Positions 24,256 through 34,390 of a DNA stretch of 64,000 nucleotides are shown here, in pieces (the first letter of the stretch is position 1; each line of letters starts with the position of its first letter). Origin of the DNA: Chrysemys picta bellii (taxonomy: Eukaryota); assembly GCF_011386835.1 (NCBI RefSeq), contig NC_088803.1, forward strand, positions 8,122,001 to 8,186,000, read 5' to 3'. The notes under the pieces are model-generated. The model searched no databases, had not been told where the DNA came from, and saw only the letters and a list, made by a program, of their open reading frames with translations. The position numbers and the translations under genes are program-made.

Positions 24256-24483
24256 CTCACCTCCCGACACAGGGCACTGTCCTTTCAGAATGTGACTTTT
24301 AGGACTGGTTGATATTTTTTGCCCAAAAAAAGAGAGAAAAAAATCTTGAAGAAAATGAGGTTTCCTCAAAACCTAAGTTTTGGGGAGGAAAATCAAGGTT
24401 TCCATTTTTTTATTAGAAAATTGGAACTGAACATGTCACTTATTTTTTATGTGCAAGCAAAGTGAAAGAAAGTGTTCCCTCAC

Positions 24484-25220
24484 TGTGATGTTATCTAATT
24501 AAAATATAACCATATAGAGTATTGTTGCAACCACTGTTATATATTTGCAGCAAATATTGTACAAAGTTTGTTGAGTGAGGTGTCTGTGAAAAGGTTATGA
24601 TTTGCTGGTTATGATTATGCTGTCTGTATGAATATACCATTTTTTGTATGTGAAGTTATAAGTATTGACTCTATACTTGGATTTCAAATGTTGGCTCCTG
24701 AGGTAACACCCACAAGGCAGCTAGCCAGCACATCTTGGAGGAACTGTTCAAATTAAGTGGTTCATCACGAAACACTTGGTTGACAATGGACCATAGGAGA
24801 TGCCCATCTACACTAAGTGGACTGTCGTGTAAATGTGCTGTCTGGAGTGTAGATAATGGCTTCCTGCAATGACTGAGGGAAATTGGGCATGAACATGTGA
24901 CTTGCCCATGTGACTCCAAACTCCATCTTGTTGCTATAATTTTCCACAGTAAGAACAATGGGGTGCCCTCCACATGGCAAAAGCTATCAAAGGTCCTGGA
25001 AACACCTCCATTTTGTCTTCAATCCTGCTTCTTACCTCTGGAGGGACCTTGCTACAAACTGAAGCTCTGAACAAAGGACTGAATAACCCATCCAAGCTGT
25101 GCATGTATTCCAGAGACTTGATTTAAAACAGCAATTTATTCCATCACTGCTGCAAGCCTGAACCAAGAACTTTGCCATTACTGTATGTAATTGATTCCTT
25201 TAACCAATTTTAACTCTCAC

Positions 25221-25259
<39 letters not shown>

Positions 25260-25645
25260 TGAATAAACCTTTAGATTTTAGATACCAAAGGATTGGCACC
25301 AGCATGATTTTGGGGTAAGATCTAAGTTATATATTGACCTGGGTGTGTGGCTGGTAGTTTGGGATCAGAAGAAGCAATTTTTTGATGAGATTATCAAATA
25401 ATGTAAAGAACCACTCATCTCTGAATCCAGTGGTTGTGGTGGTGATATAAGAACTGGGATGCCTGAGGAAACTGCCTTTATGTTTTCTTGTTAGCCAATG
25501 TGCTGAACCAGGAGTTTACTTTTGTGGCTGGTTTGGTAAATCTTATAAACAAATAGCCACCAGTTCTGGGTTCTGTTTGCCTATTTCTCGGCAGTTCGTC
25601 CTGAATTTGGCATCCTCAGTTGTGACCCACTAAGGCCCGGTTACA
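24484..25645 (+). mobile_element. 5' LTR (TG...CA, 1162 bp) of an LTR retroelement
   Basis: Starts TGTGATGTTATC and ends GGTTACA, with AATAAA at ~25262. Same family as solo LTR 62122-63635. Contains (CTTT)10 at 25221-25260. Confidence 0.88.
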
Positions 25646-25646
25646 G

Positions 25647-25668
25647 TGGCGTAGTCTGGCTAGGATCC
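25647..25668 (+). promoter_or_regulatory. Primer-binding site, tRNA-Ser-like
   Basis: TGGCGTAGTCTGGCTAGGAT one base after the LTR. The reverse complement of the vertebrate tRNA-Ser 3' end is TGGCGTAGTCGGCAGGAT. Confidence 0.75.
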
Positions 25669-25757
25669 ACAGAACCCCACGCTAGTCAACATTTGCTTTT
25701 TGATATTGAGAGTTTTAAAGGTTAAAGATCAGTGGCCATGAGGCATCAGCAGAAGCA

Positions 25758-28111
25758 ATGAAACTTCAAGCCCTGAGAGACACCCCGTGTCTTAAACAGG
25801 AACAAAGACTGGCAGAGCTTAGAATGCAAGAGAAGCGAGCCTTGGCCCAGCTGGAAAGAGAAGCTTATAGGAGGCGTATGGAACGGCTGGCTGCAGAGGA
25901 GAGGGTTTGCCAGATGCAGCAAGAAACTGCCAGACTTGAGCTCCAAGTCAAGAAAGCAATGGAAGAACAGCCCAAACTGTATCCTCTTGAAAGTCCAGTT
26001 TATAACAGTGTTGGCGGGTTGTATGACTCCGAACAGTTCCTGTGTTTAACCAGGTTTGCTCTGGCCAGGGACGGGGTGACTCTAACCTGGGAAAGGTGGC
26101 AAATAGCTGTTGGTCTGTGAATGAGGTTTCTGAATGTCTGTCTAGTGTCTCAGAAGAACTCACTGATCAGGAAAATGTTTATCTAGAGCAGATTAAAGTG
26201 GATGGTCAGGTTGAAGCCCTAATTGAGGAAGAAAAGGGGAGAATTGTTATGAGTGATGGATTGTTGGTTAGTAAAGCTTGGGAAAGTCAGCCTGACCCAG
26301 GTAACAGTGATGTGCTTAAAGTAGCTCAGCATAATAAGACACTATTTGTGGAAAACAGCAGTTTGTCTGTTAAGGGAGGGGAAGGCAAAGAGAGTTTAGA
26401 TGAGCAGAGGCAGCCCTCTGAGCTGATGGCTTTGTCTAATCAGCAGTTTGGGAAGGCCAGGTTAGTAGAACATGAGTATCCCTATACCTTACCTGTTACC
26501 AGTGTGGAGAATTGTGACAGTGAAGGAAATGTTCCTGTTTCCATTTGGGGTAATGACTTGCCCATGAAGGGAGCTACCCCAATCTCCAAGCCATTGTCTG
26601 TGAATAGCCATGTGTGCTGGGACAAAGGAAAGGATATCCCAAGCTGTCTGTCTGGTAAAGGGGAATGTTTCTCCAGCTCTTTCTTGTCTGTAAAGCACAC
26701 AGAAGAAGCCTGTCAGCCTATGATGGTTGAAAATTTATCAGTTGACCAAGAGTTGATTCTGGATACAACTAAAACCCAGGAAGGAAGTGGTCCTGAATTT
26801 GTGTCTGCTGGGGATGATGACACTGTAATTAGGTTGCATTCAATTAATGTCACAGATAGCTCCCAGAGACCAAGCGATTCTGGTGTATCTATTTTGCCTG
26901 TTGCTAGTGTGTTGCTGAGTAAAGATATGACAACTTGTCTGATCAGGCTGGTATCATAGCCAAGGCACAAGGAAATCATGAAGGTGAATTGACTATGTTA
27001 CCCAATGACAGTGTGGAAACTTGTAACAAGGAAGAGAATACTTCTAATCTGTTAACTATGAAGTCTAGTCGTTTACTTGAAAGGGGGTTGTGTGAAAATC
27101 CTCCTGATGGGCCAGAGGCGATTCTGGATGTATGTGAAACTCAGAAGGAGTTTGATGATTTCTCTGTTGTGCCAAAAGGACATAAATAAATCTCAGAAAG
27201 AATCGGTTGCAGTGCAGGATATTGCAGAAGAAAAGGAATTTCTTGGTGAGGTCTTGAAAGTCTGGGAGAAGGAATTGTTTCCATTGACTCTTAATGGGCC
27301 ATTGTTGAAAGTAAACAGTCTCTCTTCTGAGGAAAGGTATTGGTGCCTAATGGGCAAAGTCTTTCAAATGTGTATGAATCTGCTGGCCTTGCTTTAGAAA
27401 GACCCAACGTGAATAGCTTTGAAGAGTTCAGGCGAAATAAAATTTGTTAGGGAGTTTAAACAGCCTTATAAGCTTAACCAGCTTGTTGGGAAGACAATGT
27501 TATTGGTACACGAATGTCTCCATGCTGATTCTTTGAGTAAGCAGTCTGTGACTCAGGTACTGAGGAAAGATTGGGTTACTTGTTTTTCGGAGCAGAACAG
27601 CCTTATGACTGAACCCAGGAGGATGCGGGGGATGGCAGGTAAGCTCTCATCTCTAGACACTTTGGATATGACTTGTAGTCTCTTAGTGGATTTAACGTCT
27701 GATTCCATTTGGAAGCAGAGGTTGGTAATGGAAGGACAAAAGAACCTTGAGTCTAACATGCTAGTGAAAATGGATGGTATCTCTTTAAGACAGAGTCCAG
27801 CCTTGGAATTGGTAACAGTTAAGGATCTGAAAACTAGTAAACAAGCTAGTGTCTGTGTTGATGCAAATTACCTGACTGACTGGGGGGAGAAAGACTTGCC
27901 TGTAGCTGTTAGGAAAAAGGACAAACCCAGCCAGCCAATGGATTCTGTTAAGCAAAAGAGCTCAGATTTTGACCCTGTGGAACAGAGAGAAAGGGAAAAA
28001 GTTTATCATGCTAATGAAAGCCACAGGTTAACCCTAAAATGCCAAAATCCCAATGGTATTGAGCCAAAGGTGTGGCATGAAAAAATGATTGTCAATGTAC
28101 ACCTGCAATGA
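25758..28111 (+). pseudogene. Disrupted long ORF inside the LTR element: coiled-coil gag-like N-terminus then acidic/Ser-rich region
   Basis: Overlapping ORF pieces 25758-26120, 26042-26959, 26935-27189, 27077-27397, 27419-28111. No RT, integrase or zinc-knuckle motif visible. Confidence 0.55.
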
Positions 28112-28489
28112 ATTTGATGTTAATATTAATGCTAATGTTAACTCTTGTGACTAATGTGTTGCTAATACCAAGAACTGTAAAAATTTACAAGGTGCCTAAT
28201 CTTTTGGAAAAAACCCTTGAACATGTTAAGAGTGATACATAAGAGCACACTTTATGTTAAAAGACGTCGTGATACTAATATTTCACAGTTAGTGCCTGTA
28301 ACTAATCTGGAAATTGTACACGGAACAGAAGACATTGCAGACCTAATGTGCAGTATGAGAAGGGAAACTGAGGCACACTACCATATTGGTTTCATGGCTA
28401 AATGCCAAGATTCCAACACTATAAAGAATGTTAAGATCTACATTGACTAGTTCTTAACTGGATTCCAAACACTTGCCAGAGCTCTCTCT

Positions 28490-29200
28490 CTCTCTTTAAC
28501 CTAAGAAAGCCAGCAACTTTGGGTCTCCGGGAGAGATTCTGACCAAGGTAAGGGTCAGTCACCATCTTTCTGGAAGGCTGTGGGTGAGAAAGATTATCTC
28601 AATCAAAGCCTTGAATCGAAACTTTCTAGATTTAGATTTTGACTTTTAGCTGTGTTTTCACTTTTGTTTGCTGGTAATCATTTCTAACTTGGTCTCTTAT
28701 ATTTGAATTCACTATAAATATTGTCTTTTTTGTTAATAAATTGGTTTTATTTGAAAACTAAAGCAATCCAATGCTGTGTTTCAACTGAACTGTTTGGTAA
28801 CTCCAGTTTAACTAGCAAACCATTGAATATTGACTCTGTAGAGGAGCAATGAACCTTTACTAGTTGAACTGTCCAGCAGAGGGCAGGACAGTGCAAAACA
28901 CAGGTTTTTGGGAAAATTTGGGACTGGGTGTGTGCTGGGAACAACCTGCAAGTACCAACCAAGGCTGGTGGAAGCCGCAGTGTGGCTGGTGTGTTGCTGA
29001 CAGGCTGCCGGGGTCAGAGATACGGGACCAGTGCTGCATCTCTACACAGACACTCAGGGTGTAGCTCGCATGCTGCTAGGCTGGCTGTGAGTGTCCCAGG
29101 TTGGGAGCTACACCAGCAAAGCATTGTGAGGCACACAGGGTTATGGAGCAGGCGGTGCCTCAAACCCTCACTGGTCTGGATTGCACCCCAGAATGTGACA
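28490..29200 (+). mobile_element. 3' portion of a different LTR
   Basis: AATAAA near 28735 and terminal CACCCCAGAATGTGACA. Duplicated at 18459-18995. Confidence 0.5.
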
Positions 29201-29293
29201 GACCCTCCCCCCACTCCCGATGAGAAACCTGTACTGCTAGAACCCTTGGACTCCCAGAAAATCCACATTCTCCCCAACCCTGAACCTCTAGGG

Positions 29294-29547
29294 CAGTGGT
29301 CTCCAAACTTTTTTGATCACGCACCCCTATCAGTAAAAAAATTTTGAGCACGCACCCCCTGCCGCGGCGGCTCTACCATTTTTGCTGATTCACACACACA
29401 CAAAAAAATAGCCGCTCGGACTCCCACCCAAACTGATGACGCAAAATAAAGAAATTTTTTTTTTAAAAGCGCTCCTCCTGCTGCACACCCCCAAGGATCT
29501 CCTTGCACACACCCCGGGGTGCACGCACCCCACGCTGGAGACCACTG
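29294..29547. mobile_element. hAT-type MITE (254 bp), arm-B specific
   Basis: 12-bp perfect TIR CAGTGGTCTCCA and 8-bp TSD CTCTAGGG (29286-29293, 29548-29555). Single empty site in arm A near 18370. Confidence 0.92.
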
Positions 29548-29905
29548 CTCTAGGGCACATGCGGAATCTGTGGCCTGCACGAGGTGTGCACCACCAGGAC
29601 TTCAGGAAGACCAATGGAGACAGTTGTTATCTGGGGGCATTACGAGTGTGTAGGTTGCTACTGTTCATGCCCAAACACCCAAAACTGGGGATAACCACTG
29701 GTGGGGTGTAGGTGTTTTGCTGTAGCAGGGCACTCACCACTGGGGCTAAGGACACAGTCTGGAATTTGGTAAACAAAGAAAATTTCCAAGCATGTGTATC
29801 AGTTAACATGGAGTTAGTATCCCTTTCATATCCGTAATGTACTAAGATCAAATTATAACTATTAACATCAGCGTTTCCTCTTCAGGACTATTTAGAGGTT
29901 AACAA

Positions 29906-30916
29906 ATGGAGAAGAAGAATCTCACCAACCCAGTGACAGAATTTGTCCTCTTGGGCCTCACCCAGAGTCCTGAGCTGCAGCAATTCCTTTATGTGGCTTT
30001 CTTCATAATCTACATGAACACCTGGCTGGGAAACTTCATCATCATCACCACTGTGATCAGTGACCACCGGCTCCACACCCCCATGTACTTCCTGCTGGCC
30101 AACTTGGCTTTCCTAGACCTCAGCGACTCATCAGTCAATACTCCAAAATTGCTATCAGGTCTCCTCTCACAGCATAAAACCATTTCGTTCTATGAGTGCA
30201 TTCTCCAGATGTTTTTCTTCCACTTCATTGCTGGTGCTATGGGGTTATGCCTTGTGGGAATGGCAATTGATCGGTATGTGGCCATCTATAAACCACTGCG
30301 GTACTTGACTATCATGAACCAGCGTGTGTGCGTGGGGATAATGGTACTGGCATGGCTGGGTGGATTGGCCCACTCTGCTGTTCAGATTGGACTGCTCCTC
30401 CAGTTACCGTTCTGTGGGCCGAACGTCCTGGACAATTTTTACTGTGATGTCCCACAGGTCATCAAACTGGCCTGCACTGACACTCAGTTGGCTGAACTGC
30501 AGATGATCTTCAACAATGGAGCAGTGATTATAATAATATTCATCATTCTGCTTCTTTCTTACACCGCCATCTTCGTCAAGATCAGGACACACATCACGGA
30601 TGGGAAGCAGAAAGCTCTGTCCACCTGTGGAGCCCAGATTATCGTGATATGTTTACAATTCATACCCAGCATCTTCATCTATGCTCGGCCCTTCAAGAAC
30701 TTCACCCTGAATAAGGTGATCTCAGTCATTTACACTGCAATCACCCCAATGCTGAACCCGATGATCTACACGCTGAGAAATGCCGAGATGAAGAAGGCCA
30801 TCAGGAGGCTGATGAGCAGAATGCTGTGCTCAGGGAAGGAGATAAATTATGTCTCTATCTTTCAATGTCCATTTGTGTTAAAAACTAGGGCTGGTGCAAC
30901 CATTGAGGAAAAGTAG
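29906..30916 (+). CDS. Olfactory receptor, family-4-like, open frame (336 aa), paralog of 17015-18025
   Basis: Same motifs. Splice acceptor TTTCCTCTTCAG ends at 29885, just upstream of the ATG. Confidence 0.9.
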   Translation: MEKKNLTNPVTEFVLLGLTQSPELQQFLYVAFFIIYMNTWLGNFIIITTVISDHRLHTPMYFLLANLAFLDLSDSSVNTPKLLSGLLSQHKTISFYECILQMFFFHFIAGAMGLCLVGMAIDRYVAIYKPLRYLTIMNQRVCVGIMVLAWLGGLAHSAVQIGLLLQLPFCGPNVLDNFYCDVPQVIKLACTDTQLAELQMIFNNGAVIIIIFIILLLSYTAIFVKIRTHITDGKQKALSTCGAQIIVICLQFIPSIFIYARPFKNFTLNKVISVIYTAITPMLNPMIYTLRNAEMKKAIRRLMSRMLCSGKEINYVSIFQCPFVLKTRAGATIEEK

Positions 30917-31330
30917 GCGGCCGCCTAGGACGCCTAGTGGTTGGGGGTGCCTAAAAGCCCGCTCAGGCAAGGAGGTGAAGGTGAGCTGGGGTGGGGGGGC
31001 ACGGGGGCGTGGGGGGGGCCACCCTCAGTACCGGGGGGGGTGCACAGGAGAACCGCTCCCCGCCCCAGATCACCTCCACTCTGCCTCCTCTGCTGAGCAC
31101 ACAGCTCCCGCTCTAAGTCTCCTCCAATCGGCGCCGCAAGCCTGGGAGGGGAGGAGAATTAGAGCGGCGCCGGCATGCTCAGCAGAGGAGGCGGAGCCGA
31201 GGTGAGCTGGGGTGGGCTCCCCCGGGCGGGGTTAGCTGCTGCGGTGGGCGGGGGGGGGGGGAGTCTCCCAGGGCGGGGTTAGCTTCCATGGGGAGGGGGG
31301 CGGGGGGAGTCTCCTGGGGCGGGGTTAACT
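30886..31330 (+). mobile_element. Truncated non-autonomous DNA transposon overlapping the OR stop codon
   Basis: Starts (C/T)AGGGCTGGTGCAACC, GC/CpG-rich with internal GGCGGGGTTAGCT repeats. No 3' TIR found. Confidence 0.55.
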
Positions 31331-32189
31331 TTCTAATGAGAAATCCATGAAAATCAATATCCTCTTTACAAAAGTCTGTTGAATAAATTATGTATCATAA
31401 TGAATGTACTGATTGTGATGAAGAAATTTCTATCAAATGTTTCAACAGAGAATAAGATAATTATTTTACTTTATGGCTAATTCTTTATCATATCTATCTA
31501 TCTATATATACACCACTTATCTACATTTATCGTGTCAAGTCTCATCAGAATTTTTTAATAACATAAACAAAACCTACCTTCAAAAATAATTGATTTTAGT
31601 TGTGTCTAAATTACATTTTATCTATAACTTCACAGGTTAAACTGAAGTTATCTTTGTTTCCTTTTTCTTCTAATCCCGATATAGAATGGGAGTAGAATAG
31701 GAAATATGTTTGATGGATTTTCTTAAAATTATCCTTTTCATTCAAAATATACAAATTTTGATTTTTCCACATTTACTCCTTTCTTTTCTAAGAAAGAAAG
31801 AAAGTGAAATTTATATAAAGCGGGGGCGGGGGGGGAGCCTTTGAAATTATACTATAAGAAAAAAAACACAGTTCTTTACACAAATTTCAAAATAAAAAAT
31901 ATTTTTGTAAATTTTCAAAAAAAATGTCGGGATTCTTTCTCATCAGTTTCTATGTCTTTAAAGTTTAATTCCTGAAGAGACTGTTGTGCACTGAAAAATA
32001 TTTAAGTAAAAATTAGCACTTCTTCCTGAACAAAGCTCTGGGAAATGAGTATCACACTTGGATTTTCTAATCCAAAAATGATTTAAAACTGTCTGAACTC
32101 CTTTTAGACCTCCTGACCAACTCTGCACTGAAAGAACAGCTAAATACTATTTCTGGCAGTAATATCTGAAAAAGAGCAGAGAGAGAAGG

Positions 32190-33372
32190 GGTCGGGGTGC
32201 AGAAAGGCCACTGAGGGCAGGGTGTGGAGAGGATGGGGCTGCACAGGGGTCACTGGGGGCAGGGTGTGAAGAGGAGGGGGCTACACAGACGTCACTGAGG
32301 GCAGGCTGTGGAGGGGAGGGGGCTGAAAAGGGGTCAATGAGTGAAGGGTGTGAAGGGGAGGGGGCTGGACAGGCGTCACTGAGGGCAGGTGGTGAAGGGG
32401 AGGGGGCTGCACAGGTGTCATTGAGGGCAGGTGGTGAAGGGGAGGGGACTGCACAGGTGTCATTGAGGGCAGGTGATGAAGGGGAGGGGGCTGCACAGGG
32501 GTGACTGGGGGCAGGGTGTGATGAGGAGGGGGCTGCACAGGGGTCACTGATGTCAGGGTGTGAAGGGGAGGGGGCTGAAAAGGGGTCACTAAGGTAGGAC
32601 GTCAAGAGGAGGGAGATGCACAGGGGCTACTGGGGGCAGGGTGTGAAGGGGTGGGGGTTGCAGAGGGGACACTGAGGTCACTCTATGGTGGGGAGGGGGC
32701 CACACAGGTGTCACTGGGGGCAGGATGCAATGGGGAAGGGGTCTGCACAGGGGTCACTGAGATCAGGGTGTGGAGGGGAGGGGGCTGCACAGAGGTCATT
32801 GGGGATAGGATGCAATGGGGAAGGGGTCTGCACAGGGGTCACTGAGGGCAGGGTGTGGAGGGGAGGGGGCTGCACAGGTGTCACTGGGGGCAGGATGCAA
32901 TGGGGAAGGGGGGTGCACAGGGGTCACTGGGGGCAGGGTGTGAAGGGGAGGGGGCTGCATAGGGATTACAGGGGGCAGGGTGTGGAGGGGAGGGGGCTGC
33001 ACAGGGGTCACTGAGATCAGGGTGTGGAGGGGAGGGGGCTTCACAGGGGTCACTGAGGTCAGGGTGTGGAGGGGAGGGGGCTGCACAGGAGTCACTAAGA
33101 TCAGGGTGTGGAGAGGAGGGGGCTGCACAGGGGTCACTGGGGGCAGGATGCAATGGGGAAGGGGGATGCACAGGGGTCACTCAGGGCAGGGTGTGAAGGG
33201 GAGGGGGATGAACAGGGGTCACTGAGGGCAGGGTGTGAAGGGGAGGGGGCTGCATAGGGATTACAGGGGCAGGGTGTGGGGGGGAGGGGGCTGCACAGGG
33301 ATTACAGGCGGCAGGGTGTGGAGGGGAGGGGGCTGCATAGGGATTACAGGGGCAGGGTGTGGGGGGAAGGGC
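32190..33372. repeat. G-rich ~41-bp minisatellite (arm B counterpart)
   Basis: GGGGCTGCACAGGGGTCACTGAGGGCAGGGTGTGGAGGGGAG units, more heterogeneous than arm A. Confidence 0.95.
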
Positions 33373-34390
33373 TGTCACGGAGTCACCAGGGCAATACTCT
33401 GGAACTGCTCCCTACGAAGCCAGGCAGGACTCTGGGGCGTCTCCTCTCTGTGATCAGACTGTCTCCGGGGCAAGAAGCTTCCACAGCTTCCACCTTCCTG
33501 GGTCTGACCTCGGAGCATTCAGCTTCCCCTGCCCCACCGTGCGCTTCCCGCAGCGAGTCTGCCTCGGCGGGGTCCTGGGGGGGCCAGAGGGCCCTGCCCC
33601 CCGACTCCGCGGTCAGACGCGACTCTCAGCCAGCCGGTAAAAAAGAAGGTTTATTAGTTGACAGGAACACAGCATAGAACAGAGTTTGCTATTACAGGAA
33701 TCAGTGACTTTCAGCCAAGTCCATCTTGGGGGGAGGGGAGCCCATAGCCAGGGCTCTGGTCCTCCCCCTGCGCCCCAAGCCAGCGGAGACTGACTCGCTT
33801 CCAGTTGCCTGGTCCCTGCCCTGCCCGTTGCTCCTCCTCCGGCCTTTGTCTTGCTTCCCAGGCCAGGGTCACCTGGTTGCATCCCCCTCCTGGATTTCAG
33901 GTTATGAAGCTGCGGCCATCGCATCCATGCAGGCAGCTGGAGCAGCCTCAGCAAAAGTCACACCCAGCATTAATTTACTGATTTAGTTGGGGACTGGTCC
34001 TGCTTTGAGCAGGGGGTTGGACTAGATGATCTCCTGGGGTCCCTTCCAACCCTGGGATTCTATGATTCTATGATTCATGCAAAACAGTAAGACTCACAGA
34101 CAACATAACAAGGGAAAATCCCCATTTCATCACTTCTCTCCCCCGAACTGAGCGGGGTCACTTTAGCCAGTGACCTGGGGAAGTTCAGGCCTCCTTCTCC
34201 GGGACAAGCATCAGCTATAACATTTGCATTCCCCTTAACATGGACCACCTCCATCTCATAATCCTGGATGGCAGACTCCACCTCAGGGCTTGATGTTGGT
34301 CCCTCTTATCTGATGCAGCCACGGCAGGGTGTGTGGTCCAGGTACAAGTGAAGCGCCACTTAAATAGATCCAGCTGCAGGCTTTTAAGAG
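33373..34390 (-). mobile_element. Gypsy 3' end (LTR, PPT, RNase H tail), arm B copy
   Basis: Reverse complement of 14590-15608, including the nested CR1 tail at 33980-34078. Confidence 0.82.
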
